Below, piece after piece: positions 1-9,185 of a DNA stretch of 64,000 bases. The stretch is from a virus: the IMG/VR virus record IMGVR_UViG_3300046791_000454, positions 1-64,000 of that record; one strand, given 5' to 3'. Every line of letters begins with the position of its first letter. Position 1 is the first letter of the stretch. A program made the translations under genes and the position numbers. Below the pieces are notes generated by a model, which saw only the letters and a list, made by a program, of their open reading frames with translations, had not been told where the DNA came from and did not search any database.

Positions 1-741
1 GCAGTACAGATCCTCTGGATGTAACGAATGCTCACCAACGCTTTTGGTGGCGAACGGGTTTTTTCGAAGTGGCACTTTCGAGTGCCACCAGCATTCCTTA
101 CAGCGCGGCGCGCACGTCTCGAAACAGGCGCGCAGTCCCGCGAGCTCGGCCGCCCGCTGACGGAGGATCTCTCCGCACGCCTGCGGACCATCGAGCGGGT
201 TGTGCACCAGCGGCGCCACCGCTTGTTGCCAAAATGCGTTCCGAGCGATCCACCATTCCACGGTCTGGCCACGCAGCTCCGCCTGTCGCGTCTCACACAC
301 GGATTGGCACACGAGGCACGAGCGCTCAATTTCGTGGGCCTCGGAGCCGTGACCGCATGAACAGCCAGCGGCGTCCGCGGGGGCGCCGCGCATGATCTTT
401 CGCAGCGCCTCAGTCGGCGGGCGCGCTGGACCTGTCGCCATGTCGTAGGCCGCATCCGACGTGATCACGGTCTCGGGCTCATCTGCCGAGGTAGCGGCGG
501 CGAGCAGGGCACGGAGGCGGTGAACACGAGCATGCGCCTCGGGGGCGGTCATGATCGGCAGGTCCAGCGCCTCCCGCAGCCCCGCCTCCAGCGCCGCCGC
601 GCGCGTCTGCCATTCGAGCGCCGTGGCCATGAACATCTCGGCGCGCTCGTGCTCCTCTTCCCACGCGTCAACGGCATCGAGGGCCATTTCGTAATCATAG
701 TTGGCGCCCTCAATCTGCTCCCGCATCTCGGCGGGCGTCAC
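1..741 (-). CDS. hypothetical protein, runs off the left edge (absent from ORF track)
   Basis: GTG at 741 overlaps the TGA of 738..956; manually translated open to position 1 (MTPAEMREQIEGANYDYEM...CSCGH...CLVC). Confidence 0.65.
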   Translation of the reverse strand, partial: MTPAEMREQIEGANYDYEMALDAVDAWEEEHERAEMFMATALEWQTRAAALEAGLREALDLPIMTAPEAHARVHRLRALLAAATSADEPETVITSDAAYDMATGPARPPTEALRKIMRGAPADAAGCSCGHGSEAHEIERSCLVCQSVCETRQAELRGQTVEWWIARNAFWQQAVAPLVHNPLDGPQACGEILRQRAAELAGLRACFETCAPRCKECWWHSKVPLRKNPFATKSVGEHSLHPEDLYC

Positions 742-956
742 GGGCGCACCTTCGGGAGCAGGGCGCGCAACCGGGCAGGGACCGTGTGCAGCGGATGGTC
801 GGAGCCTAGTACGACGTGGCCCTCGCACGCGAGCAGGTCCACCGTGTGCTCAATGAGGGCCAGCGCCTCGGCCAGGCCCGCCTCTGCGGCCTCAGCGCGG
901 TCGAGCGCCTGGCGCGCGGCCTTGTTGGCCGCTGCCACTGCTGCCGCCGGCGTCAT
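738..956 (-). CDS. hypothetical protein
   Basis: ATGA overlap with upstream gene, GAGGAG SD. Confidence 0.6.
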   Translation of the reverse strand: MTPAAAVAAANKAARQALDRAEAAEAGLAEALALIEHTVDLLACEGHVVLGSDHPLHTVPARLRALLPKVRP

Positions 957-1150
957 ACTCCCTCCTCAAGGCGAAAGCTCGCCGCGTACACCCCGACCGG
1001 GCAATCCCAATCATCGCCATCCGCGATGGTGTCGTGTCGCTGGGGCCGGTCGGGCCCGTCGAACCCACCGCAGCATGGGCACTGCCAACCGTCAGTCACG
1101 AGGTCGGACACGTGCTCCGCGACGGCGATAGCGGCTTCGGCGCGCGTCAC
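953..1150 (-). CDS. small Cys/His-rich hypothetical protein
   Basis: GTGA coupling; CPCC...H...C pattern. Confidence 0.55.
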   Translation of the reverse strand: MTRAEAAIAVAEHVSDLVTDGWQCPCCGGFDGPDRPQRHDTIADGDDWDCPVGVYAASFRLEEGV

Positions 1151-1413
1151 TTCGACACCTTGCGGTAGGCGCGGGCGGCTGCGCACAGCCGATGACTACA
1201 GGGGATCGGGCAATCGGTGCCCGCCCACGCCAGCGCCGCCGCGACCAGGGCGTCCCGCGCCTCGCGCTCGCGGCGGGGGATGACGTGCCCAACACGACAG
1301 GGCTTGCGCGAGCTGTGCAGCATTCGCGCGAAGGCCCACGCCTCCTCAGCCGTCGCAAACCGGCGCTTCCAAAGCTCGCCCGTGTTCGTGCGCACGTAGA
1401 ACTTGCCCATCAC
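1147..1413 (-). CDS. hypothetical protein
   Basis: overlap-coupled at both ends, GGAGG SD. Confidence 0.55.
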   Translation of the reverse strand: MMGKFYVRTNTGELWKRRFATAEEAWAFARMLHSSRKPCRVGHVIPRREREARDALVAAALAWAGTDCPIPCSHRLCAAARAYRKVSK

Positions 1414-1820
1414 CGCACCTCCGGAATCGTCGTCTGCCCGCTCGCCTCGTCCGCCTTGCGCCGTCGCGTCTCAGCCGCGTTCCGCATGTGGTCGGCGAGG
1501 TCATGCCGCAGGTGGTCCCTTTGGCAAAGCGCCGCGAGATTGTCGTCCGCGCAGTTCTCAGGACTCTTGTCGTGCACGTGCGCGATCGTGAGCACGATGC
1601 GGAACGTGCGATGCGCCGGCGGCGCGCAGGACCCCGTGTCCGTGTCGAACGCGTCGAGAGCGCACGGGTGAAACGTCCCGTCCTTGTCGCGGTAGCCAGT
1701 CGCGCCGTTGGCGACGCCGCACCACTCGCACTTGTTCTCGGCCCGCGCGAGGATGCGGGCGCGGATGGCCTTCCACGCCTTCGGGTAGCGGCCTCGGTTG
1801 TCGGCTCGAATCGGCATCAT
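1410..1820 (-). CDS. HNH endonuclease-like protein
   Basis: CEWC...LTIAHVHD..PENCADDNLAALCQRDH. Confidence 0.8.
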   Translation of the reverse strand: MMPIRADNRGRYPKAWKAIRARILARAENKCEWCGVANGATGYRDKDGTFHPCALDAFDTDTGSCAPPAHRTFRIVLTIAHVHDKSPENCADDNLAALCQRDHLRHDLADHMRNAAETRRRKADEASGQTTIPEVR

Positions 1821-2078
1821 CTACTCCTGGGCCCGGGCCCACTGCCTCCGAAGCCTTGCCGCCTGCCTGCGCGCGATGCGCGGCAGCTCGAAGCGAAGCG
1901 CCTCCTCGACGTCGTGCCGCGTGAGAAACGGGTACAGCCCGACGATCCGCAGGACCGAGAAGCCGTCGACGAAGAGGGCGCCGATCGCGGCCGTCGTCAC
2001 GCGAGTCCCCTTCACCCGCGGCTTGCCGGAGCAGCGGCCGGGGGTGGCGACGATGCGCGGCGGGTAGACGAGCTTCAT
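1821..2078 (-). CDS. DUF433 family (antitoxin-like) protein
   Basis: PGRCSGKPRVKGTRV...YPFLTRHDVEEALRF matches the DUF433 pattern. Confidence 0.85.
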   Translation of the reverse strand: MKLVYPPRIVATPGRCSGKPRVKGTRVTTAAIGALFVDGFSVLRIVGLYPFLTRHDVEEALRFELPRIARRQAARLRRQWARAQE

Positions 2079-2161
2079 CGCTTGTCCCTCGGCCCGAGCA
2101 GGTCGGCGAACAGGAGCCCGAAAGCGCAGCAGACGGCGAAGATGGCGAGCTCCACTGTCAT
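2075..2161 (-). CDS. 28-aa hydrophobic peptide
   Basis: MTVELAIFAVCCAFGLLFADLLGPRDKR; ATGA overlaps at both ends. Confidence 0.5.
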   Translation of the reverse strand: MTVELAIFAVCCAFGLLFADLLGPRDKR

Positions 2162-2565
2162 GACCACCTCGGCGAGAACGGTTGAATCGAGAACGCGATG
2201 CCGAACCCGCTCAGGATGGCGGCCATGCGCCGAGCCCCCTCAGGGTTCCAGCTGTGAATCACGACGAGGCGCGGTGCCTTCGAAGAAGGAAGCGCGCAGA
2301 TGGCTTCGACAACGTGGGTGCCCGTCTTGCCGGTTCGCTCACCGGGTACGACGAGGTGGGGCGCATGCTCGGCGTCGAGGTCCGCAATCTCGAAGTCCTC
2401 CAGGTCGTGGTCCAGCCACATCTCCTCGAAGCGCTTGCCGCTCAGGGCCTCGACGGCCTCGGCGTAGCTGCGCGCTTCCACGACGTCGTGGCCGAGGCCG
2501 CGGAGCATGGGCCCGATGACCTCGTGCCGCTCCGGCATGTCGTCGAGGACGAGAACGCGGCTCAC
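2158..2565 (-). CDS. cyclic-phosphate-processing receiver-like domain protein
   Basis: VLVLDD...WLDHDL...TG...VIHSWNPEGA. Confidence 0.75.
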   Translation of the reverse strand: MSRVLVLDDMPERHEVIGPMLRGLGHDVVEARSYAEAVEALSGKRFEEMWLDHDLEDFEIADLDAEHAPHLVVPGERTGKTGTHVVEAICALPSSKAPRLVVIHSWNPEGARRMAAILSGFGIAFSIQPFSPRWS

Positions 2566-3041
2566 GCTTCCCCCACGAAGTTCTCGCCCGCCACCGGCGC
2601 CAGCGCTTCGTAGGCCCGCCGTGCCGCGCAGAGCTCCGGGCACCGGTCGAGCGGCTCCCCGCACGCAGCGCAGAGCCCGCGCTGCCGCACGGCCGCGAGG
2701 AGCACCTTGAGCGCCGCGGCCCTGCCCTCGGCTGCTTCTTTCCAGTCGTCGCGCTCGCCGCAGAGCTCGAGCATGTCCTGCCCGAGCTGGGCCTGGTAGA
2801 CTGCAAGCTCCCGCCGGGCGGCGTCCCGCTGCTCGGTCCTCATGTCAATCAGCACCGTCGCGTTGGCGTAGGAGCGTTCAAGCGCGTCGAGACGGTCCGC
2901 GAGGACCGTGAGTCGCTGGCGGTAGACGGCGGCGCGCGTGGCATGCGCAAGCAGCTTGGCATGCTCGGAGACAGCCAGGACAACGACGCCGTAGACGCAC
3001 TGCACGTTCTTCAGCAACTGCACGAGCCAGTCGGGCATCAC
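2562..3041 (-). CDS. coiled-coil hypothetical protein with C-terminal CxxC
   Basis: overlap-coupled; heptad character; CAAC..C...C. Confidence 0.55.
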   Translation of the reverse strand: MMPDWLVQLLKNVQCVYGVVVLAVSEHAKLLAHATRAAVYRQRLTVLADRLDALERSYANATVLIDMRTEQRDAARRELAVYQAQLGQDMLELCGERDDWKEAAEGRAAALKVLLAAVRQRGLCAACGEPLDRCPELCAARRAYEALAPVAGENFVGEA

Positions 3042-3844
3042 ACACCTCCGAGGGCCGTCAAGAGACGGCGGCGGGCGTTGTCGTCCAGGAGAGAGACGAA
3101 GCGGGCTACGTCGACGGGCGCAAAGGCGACGACGGTTCGTGCGAGCTTAGCTACACGGTCCTCTTCGACGCCGAGCGCTTCGCGGACGACGGCGTTAATC
3201 TTCTGCTGGAGCTTCTTCCGCTCCGGCTCCGTCTTGGGCCTGGGCTCGGCCTTGGCGGCTTCGGCGGCGGCGCGTGCGACCTCCGTTACCTTCGCCGCCT
3301 GCTCAGGCGTCGGGTTCTTCGGCCCGAGCTTGGCGGCCTCCTTCTGGCCTAGCAGGCCGGCCTTGTAGAGGTTCACGGCTGGCTCGGGCGCTCGGAGCAC
3401 GGCACGGTCGCGAACCTGCTCCCTGGTCATGGGAGGATTCCGGGCCTTAGACCCTGAATCCTCATCCGGCTTGCTGTGTTGGTTCGCGCCGTTCGCCTCG
3501 CGGCCGTCGCCTTCCGGCGCCGTCACCAGGCGGAGAGCGGGCTTGCCGATCGCGGCTTCGAGGAAGGGCGCGATCTCGGCGTACGGCTTCCCAAGACCCC
3601 ACGGCTGGCGGTGCTCACAGAACTCCTCGAACGTGCGGAAGGTCGAGTCGTCGGGCTTGTTCATGAGCGTCCACGCGCGGTGCTCCCGACAGAGCTCGAC
3701 GTAGCCCTTGAACCGCTCGGGCGCCTTCGGCAGGTCGTGGACAATCGACTGCATCGTCAGGCGCACGTGCTGCGCCCACTCGACAGTGCCAACCGCCGCC
3801 GCCTTCTTGCCTACCCCCGGATCAGCCAGCACGAGCCGCTCCAT
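3038..3844 (-). CDS. hypothetical, possibly DNA-binding, protein
   Basis: 268-aa ORF overlapping the helicase end; FRTFEEFC..PWGLG motif. Confidence 0.7.
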   Translation of the reverse strand: MERLVLADPGVGKKAAAVGTVEWAQHVRLTMQSIVHDLPKAPERFKGYVELCREHRAWTLMNKPDDSTFRTFEEFCEHRQPWGLGKPYAEIAPFLEAAIGKPALRLVTAPEGDGREANGANQHSKPDEDSGSKARNPPMTREQVRDRAVLRAPEPAVNLYKAGLLGQKEAAKLGPKNPTPEQAAKVTEVARAAAEAAKAEPRPKTEPERKKLQQKINAVVREALGVEEDRVAKLARTVVAFAPVDVARFVSLLDDNARRRLLTALGGV

Positions 3845-5333
3845 TCGTCGGTGGCTTCGGTGCGGGCGCGGCCGCCGGAGCTCCGCGGAAGTGCTCGCCG
3901 AGCTTTAGAATCTCACGCGGGGGGAGATGTCGGAGTGCGGGGAACTTGCCGCGGGCTTCGTCCACGATCTCGTTCTCTTCGGGCGATAGGCGCCCGTGCA
4001 AGTCAGCGTATTCGTCTCCCCCCATCTCGGCCCCGTAGGGCCGGAAGGACGACTTCCAGTGCTTCGGCGCGACACCGCCCTCGCCCTTCTCGCGAAACGT
4101 CTCTTCCTGCTCCTCGAGGATTCGATCGATGAACCCGCGCATCGGAGGATCGTCGGGCACGTAGATGTAGGCGAGCTGCTGTTCCCATGGGCGCCCGCAG
4201 TTCGGGTCGACGCGCGTCGCGCGCGCGAACGCCTGCTCAAGCCACGGCTCCGAACGCTTGTCCGTCAGGCAGACAAGATGCGTGACGTCCGGCACGTCGA
4301 GCCCTTCGTAGGCCATGTTGACCGTCACAAGCACGTGGCATTCACCGTTCTCGCGGAAGCGCCGCAAGGCGCGCTGGGAGCGAGGCGCGTCTGAGACGCA
4401 CAAGGCGACCTGGAAGCTGGTACCGAGTCGCTCCTTGATAGACTTCGCCATCTGCTTCGCAGCGTCCTGCGAATGGCAGATGACGATCATGCGGCTCTGA
4501 TAGACGTTCCGCCGGAAGTCGAGCCAATCGTCCAGCGCCTTGCAAGCGAACTCGGCTCGGAATTCAGGGTCAAGCAACGCCGCCTTGAGCGCGCGCCCGG
4601 TCTCCTTCTTGCTAGCCTCCTTGAGGGCGACGCGATGCGATCGATTGCGGTAGTCGTAGTGCGAGGTCCCATCCGTCAGGCGGAAGAACGCCTGGAGCAC
4701 CGCGTGCTCCTCGAGTGCTTGCCGACGTGTGTACTTGATGGTGGGTTTCGCGCGCTTGGTGTCCTCGTCGTATTCAACGAACGGGATACGCTCCCCGTCG
4801 TGGCGTCGTAACGTCCCACTCATGAGCAGCGTCAGGGTCGCGAACTCCTTCAGTTCGCGGATGGCCTTCGCCCATTGCGCATGTTCTGCATCGGCGAGGT
4901 GGTGAGGCTCGTCCAGCACGAGCAGGTAGCGCTTGCCCATGAAACGCTTGATATGTCGCTTTACCGCACGCACCACGGCCGCGTATGTGGTGACGTAGCC
5001 GCTCGCCGCGAAGATCGCTTGCTGCGTCGACCCGAGCGACTTGTTTCCTTCTGCGTTGATGTGCCGCGGCAGCCCGTGTGCCGGATCGTGGAATGCCAGC
5101 TTCGTCTGATGGCGAAGAGCATCGTTCGGCCCGATGATGCACACGGCATCGACGATGCAGGCGTCCAGGAGCTCGTGCGCGAAGATCGCCGCGAGCCTAT
5201 TCTTGCCACCACCAGGCGTGACGGACGCGACGAACACCTTCTCGGTTCGCCGTCCGTTGATGATGTCTTCGGCGAGGGCCTTCCCCTCCCACTGGTGAGA
5301 CCGAAGAAGCCCGTATCGTTCGTCCTGAATCAT
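3822..5333 (-). CDS. superfamily 2 (DExH) helicase
   Basis: TPGGGK (I), LDEPHH (II), MSGT (III), EGLDVP (V), QAFARATR (VI). Confidence 0.9.
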   Translation of the reverse strand: MIQDERYGLLRSHQWEGKALAEDIINGRRTEKVFVASVTPGGGKNRLAAIFAHELLDACIVDAVCIIGPNDALRHQTKLAFHDPAHGLPRHINAEGNKSLGSTQQAIFAASGYVTTYAAVVRAVKRHIKRFMGKRYLLVLDEPHHLADAEHAQWAKAIRELKEFATLTLLMSGTLRRHDGERIPFVEYDEDTKRAKPTIKYTRRQALEEHAVLQAFFRLTDGTSHYDYRNRSHRVALKEASKKETGRALKAALLDPEFRAEFACKALDDWLDFRRNVYQSRMIVICHSQDAAKQMAKSIKERLGTSFQVALCVSDAPRSQRALRRFRENGECHVLVTVNMAYEGLDVPDVTHLVCLTDKRSEPWLEQAFARATRVDPNCGRPWEQQLAYIYVPDDPPMRGFIDRILEEQEETFREKGEGGVAPKHWKSSFRPYGAEMGGDEYADLHGRLSPEENEIVDEARGKFPALRHLPPREILKLGEHFRGAPAAAPAPKPPTNGAARAG

Positions 5334-5938
5334 CGTCCCTCTCCCGTCCACCCCTGCTCCCGCAACCGCCCAGCCACATCCGGCCCGACCCACGAGGCGC
5401 TCTTCAGCACCTTCCCCCGCTCGTCCACCGTCGTCGGGAACTTGCGCATGTTCGCCGCGTGAATCTCGGCGGCAATCGGCGCCCCGTTGATTCCGAACTC
5501 CAATCGCGTGCCAGCCACCACATAGTCAATGTCTCCGCACGCGTCAGCGAATGCCGGCAAGTCGACGCAGAGCGGATGATTGTCAATCGCGTGCATGAGC
5601 CACGACTTGAGCGACATGTCCGTGCCGGGTGCGGCGAAGTCCAGGCCGCATGCCTCCAGGGCCTCGAAGCACTCCTCGACGATGAGGCGCAACCGAAGCC
5701 GCACGCGGTCGTCGCCAGGCACGCGCGGCGCCTCGAGCACCGGCGCCCCCGCTGCTTCGTGGAACTCGCGGACCATGGCCGGCAGGTCCAGCGCGCGGCG
5801 TTCGAGTACGAGGCGCGTGTTGCTCGCCTGCAACTCGTCACGCTGCCGCCGCAGCTGGTCCCGCTCGCAGAGCACCCGCGCGAGGGCATCGGCCACCGTT
5901 TCGCCAGGCAGCTCGGGTCCGAGGTCGGCGGCGCTCAT
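5330..5938 (-). CDS. MazG/PRA-PH-like NTP pyrophosphohydrolase
   Basis: VREFH...LRLRLIVEECFE...DACGDIDYV...EIHAANMRK...GKVLK. Confidence 0.85.
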   Translation of the reverse strand: MSAADLGPELPGETVADALARVLCERDQLRRQRDELQASNTRLVLERRALDLPAMVREFHEAAGAPVLEAPRVPGDDRVRLRLRLIVEECFEALEACGLDFAAPGTDMSLKSWLMHAIDNHPLCVDLPAFADACGDIDYVVAGTRLEFGINGAPIAAEIHAANMRKFPTTVDERGKVLKSASWVGPDVAGRLREQGWTGEGR

Positions 5939-6369
5939 CGGTCCGAGCTCCCCGGCTCGCGCTGCTCGAGAATCCAGCGCAGGGCCGTCTCGTGGTCGGG
6001 AAACGTCTCGTGGCCCTGAGAGAGGAAGATGCTCCGCGCAGCGTCGCCGCTCACGACGAGCTGCGGCTTCTCACCACCAGTTTCGACCGCGCACGCGAGC
6101 GCGTAGCCGAACTCTACCCAGGCGCCGACGGACGGCTCCGTCGGGACTAAGAGCCAGAAGACGTCCGCGTCCTCGATGCCTTGCAAGTCGCCGGCGGAAG
6201 CGTGCAGACGATCCGACCGGGAGAGGTCGCGGTCCGTCTTGCCAGCGGCGCGCACGGCGGCGACTTCGCGGTCCCAGCGGTGGACGCGGTGGCCGGCGGC
6301 TTCGAGGCGATCCATGAAGCCGCCAGCGATGGCGAGGCTTTCTGACGCGGCTGCCAGGTACACGTTCAC
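5935..6369 (-). CDS. nucleoside 2-deoxyribosyltransferase-like protein
   Basis: VYLAA...DLQGIEDADV...SVGAWVEFGYA. Confidence 0.75.
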   Translation of the reverse strand: MNVYLAAASESLAIAGGFMDRLEAAGHRVHRWDREVAAVRAAGKTDRDLSRSDRLHASAGDLQGIEDADVFWLLVPTEPSVGAWVEFGYALACAVETGGEKPQLVVSGDAARSIFLSQGHETFPDHETALRWILEQREPGSSDR

Positions 6370-6641
6370 GCCTTCCTCCCAGCGAGCGCCTCGACGGCGG
6401 CACGGCGGTCGAGCTCGCAGGCGCCCAGCGCCCGCATGATGCGGTCGGTCTCTTCCTTCGACTGCTTGAGCTCCTCGCGAAGCTCGGCAATCTCCGTCTC
6501 GAGACGCATAGCCAACGCTTCCCAGCGCTCGGCGCGACCTTCGAGGTTGGCCAGCTCCTCGGCGTCGGGGAGCGTGGGCGTGGTCGTTCGCGGCCGCCCG
6601 GTCACGTCCACGGGAGAAAGCGCTTCATAGGCGGTACTCAT
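6366..6641 (-). CDS. coiled-coil hypothetical protein
   Basis: ATGA/GTGA coupling, GGAG SD. Confidence 0.55.
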   Translation of the reverse strand: MSTAYEALSPVDVTGRPRTTTPTLPDAEELANLEGRAERWEALAMRLETEIAELREELKQSKEETDRIMRALGACELDRRAAVEALAGRKA

Positions 6642-7171
6642 CGGCCAAACTCCCCGCCGCGTTGCACCGCGGCCATGACGGCCTGGACGCCGAACACGTC
6701 GACGCACACGGCCAGAAACAGTTCAGCTCCAGTCAGGTCCGCAATGGTCGACAGGTAGCGCCTGAGGAACGCGACCCGCGCCGCGGGCAGCCCGCCGATA
6801 ACCAGGAGCACGCTGCCGGCGCTGAAGAAGCGCTCGCCGATGCGAAGCTGGCGGGCATGCTCGGCGCTCAGGTCGAGAGCCGCGCCGAGGTCCGGATTGC
6901 AGGCCTGCGCCTGAACCAGGGCCTCGTGGAGGATGTGGGCGACTACGGCGTCGGCTGACGCGCGGCGTGGGCTCCGCTTGGTGAACGCAGTTCCAGGGGT
7001 GGCCGGGCACGTTGCGGGAACGCCGAGCGGGGCCACCTTCGTCTCATGAGCAACAGCACGAACCGCCGACCGGATGCCACTGTCGCGAGGCCCGAGCCGC
7101 TTTGGCGCGAGGCGCTCCGCCTCGTCGATGGGCGAGGCGACAGCGGTGACGATGTTCCGGGCGGCCGACAT
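6638..7171 (-). CDS. hypothetical protein
   Basis: AGGAG SD, operon context. Confidence 0.55.
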   Translation of the reverse strand: MSAARNIVTAVASPIDEAERLAPKRLGPRDSGIRSAVRAVAHETKVAPLGVPATCPATPGTAFTKRSPRRASADAVVAHILHEALVQAQACNPDLGAALDLSAEHARQLRIGERFFSAGSVLLVIGGLPAARVAFLRRYLSTIADLTGAELFLAVCVDVFGVQAVMAAVQRGGEFGR

Positions 7172-7177
7172 GTGGAT

Positions 7178-7366
7178 TCAGCTCCTGAGGAAATCGCGAA
7201 CATCATCGAGAGGGCGAAGCGGGCGCTGCTCTTGCTGCACGCGCAGCGCCTGGATTTGCCGGGCGTAATCGTCAACGACAATGACGCGGGACCGCCACCC
7301 GATAGACCCAGGGGGGCGCACCCTCGCCGCGAGGACGTGCAGAAACCACGGCAGGCGCGGGACCAT
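7178..7366 (-). CDS. hypothetical protein
   Basis: fills the operon gap in tandem orientation. Confidence 0.4.
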   Translation of the reverse strand: MVPRLPWFLHVLAARVRPPGSIGWRSRVIVVDDYARQIQALRVQQEQRPLRPLDDVRDFLRS

Positions 7367-7369
7367 GAG

Positions 7370-7633
7370 CTACACCGTCTCCGCAACGCCGCAGGTCGCC
7401 GTGGCCTGCTGGTCCTCAAACGCCACGCGCGAGATTGCGGCCATTACCCGTTCACCCGCTTGCCGTTCCGAACCCTCGGGAAGCGAATCCACGGCGCGGT
7501 AGCCGGCGCTCAACAGGATAAGCTTGTGCTCGTCGAAGGCGCCGACGATACGGCGAACGACACGAGCGCGAGCACCCTCGACGAACTCGAAGTCGGCGAC
7601 GATCCGCTGGGCACGCTGGGTAGCTGCGTTCAT
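7370..7633 (-). CDS. hypothetical protein
   Basis: GGAGGAG SD. Confidence 0.55.
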   Translation of the reverse strand: MNAATQRAQRIVADFEFVEGARARVVRRIVGAFDEHKLILLSAGYRAVDSLPEGSERQAGERVMAAISRVAFEDQQATATCGVAETV

Positions 7634-7636
7634 GGG

Positions 7637-8014
7637 TCAGGTCTCCTCCGTCGGGAGCAGGTCGAGCTGCATCGCGCCGAGCTCGCTGCTGATGGTGTAG
7701 AGCGCCTCGCTGACGCGTTGCTTGCGAGCGGGGTCGCCGCTGCTATCGGCTCGCTCGGCGACCGCGCGCAGGGTCGCTACCGCCTGGCCGAGGGCCGCGA
7801 GGTCGTCTGGCTCGAGCTCAGGGACGGCGTGTGGTGCGTTCCGGTCGAGGTGCTGCGCAATCGCGCTGCGGAGCGCTTCGGCGGCACTCTCTGTCCACGC
7901 GCGGGAGCCAGTGGTCAAGCCGACGCCCGAACCTGCGACAGCCAGGCCGTAGATGTCGCGATCGATGTGGCGGACCACGACGAGCTCGCGGAGGTGGGCG
8001 GGGTAGTGTGGCAC
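7637..8014 (-). CDS. hypothetical protein
   Basis: directly downstream of the cro-like gene. Confidence 0.55.
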   Translation of the reverse strand: MPHYPAHLRELVVVRHIDRDIYGLAVAGSGVGLTTGSRAWTESAAEALRSAIAQHLDRNAPHAVPELEPDDLAALGQAVATLRAVAERADSSGDPARKQRVSEALYTISSELGAMQLDLLPTEET

Positions 8015-8016
8015 CG

Positions 8017-8304
8017 TCAGGTCCCCGTCTTCGGCCGAGCCGGCTCGGGCCTAGTCGCCGTGTCGCGCTCTTCCCTCGTCTCCCAGGCCGACGCGGGCAC
8101 CTTGCCGCGCGACCACCGCTCGATGGCACCTCGCAGCGGATGCCGCGGTCTCCCGTGGCCGTTGAGCCACTCAGACATCGTTGCGTTGCTCACGCCGATC
8201 GCCCTGGCGGCATCGAGGGCCGTGAAGTCGAGCTCCTCGATGAACTTCTGGAGCAACTGCCGGCCCAGGTCGGGGTGCGGCACTGGCGATTCGGTCCTCG
8301 GCAT
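8017..8304 (-). CDS. Cro-like XRE HTH regulator
   Basis: ALDAARAIGVSNATMSEWLNG..RP...IERWSRGKV; divergent from the repressor. Confidence 0.8.
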   Translation of the reverse strand: MPRTESPVPHPDLGRQLLQKFIEELDFTALDAARAIGVSNATMSEWLNGHGRPRHPLRGAIERWSRGKVPASAWETREERDTATRPEPARPKTGT

Positions 8305-8397
8305 GTCGGTGAACCTAACCGAATGCGGCGGGGCGCGCAAGCCTGGACGCAAAAAAAAGTTAGGTCGCCTAAATTTGTGGGCTTCTACGGTGGTCCC
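8305..8397. promoter_or_regulatory. divergent cI/cro promoter-operator region
   Basis: minus TTGCGC-17-TAGGTT 7 nt before the cro ATG; plus TACGGT 6 nt before the cI ATG; palindrome TTAGGTCGCCTAA 8360-8372. Confidence 0.7.
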
Positions 8398-8976
8398 ATG
8401 CCGAAGCCGCCGGAGCTGACCATGGGCCGATACCTCCAGTTTTTGGCGGTGGCCTGGATGCGCACGAACCGCGCAACGGCGAAGGAGCTCGCGGCCGCTG
8501 TTGGCGTCACGGGGGCCCAGATCCACGACGTCATCAGCTTCGCGCGGGGCGCTGGGCCCAAGACGGTGCGTGGCTTCGCGGCACTCCGTGGCGTCGAGGA
8601 GTGGGAGCTCCGACGTGATGCGGCCGCATGGGAGGCGGAGAACCCCGTGCCGTTAGACGGCCCGGTCGATCTCGAAAACCTCGGCGCTTCCTTTCGAGAC
8701 GCGGTGGAGCGCAACCCGGGCCGCTGGTCTCATGACGAGATCAAAACAGCTGTGGCGGCGCGTGGGTCCGACGGCTTCGCCAGCATGACGCCCGAGGGCA
8801 TCGTCGACTTCATCGATAGCGTGGCGCAGGCGAATCGACGGGCGAACCGCGAGGCTCAGCTCATCAAGACGAGCCGCCCTCATCGCGTCCTCTCACTGCC
8901 ACCAAAGCCTGAGGAGCGCGACGAAGTTGCCGAGCGCCGAGCGCTACTCGCGAAGAAAAAGCGGAGGACGAGGTAG
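8398..8976 (+). CDS. CI-like repressor (N-terminal XRE HTH, no S24 peptidase domain seen)
   Basis: TAKELAAAVGVTGAQIHDV; divergent position. Confidence 0.7.
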   Translation: MPKPPELTMGRYLQFLAVAWMRTNRATAKELAAAVGVTGAQIHDVISFARGAGPKTVRGFAALRGVEEWELRRDAAAWEAENPVPLDGPVDLENLGASFRDAVERNPGRWSHDEIKTAVAARGSDGFASMTPEGIVDFIDSVAQANRRANREAQLIKTSRPHRVLSLPPKPEERDEVAERRALLAKKKRRTR

Positions 8977-8981
8977 GAAAT

Positions 8982-9185
8982 ATGGCTCTAACAACATGCG
9001 CGACGTGCGGGATTCAGCTATCCGACGAGGCGCCGACTTGCCCACGCTGCGGCGCACCGCAGAAGACCGTCCTAGAAAAGCAGGCGAACGCATCGGCCTG
9101 GCGATCGCTTGCGAGCCTACTCGTCGGAGTGGTCTTGCTGTGGGGCTTCTACCGGCTGCTTTTCATGGCCGCGTGCGGCAAGTAG
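8982..9185 (+). CDS. zinc-ribbon membrane protein
   Basis: CATC..SDEAPTCPRCGAP plus a C-terminal TM helix. Confidence 0.75.
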   Translation: MALTTCATCGIQLSDEAPTCPRCGAPQKTVLEKQANASAWRSLASLLVGVVLLWGFYRLLFMAACGK

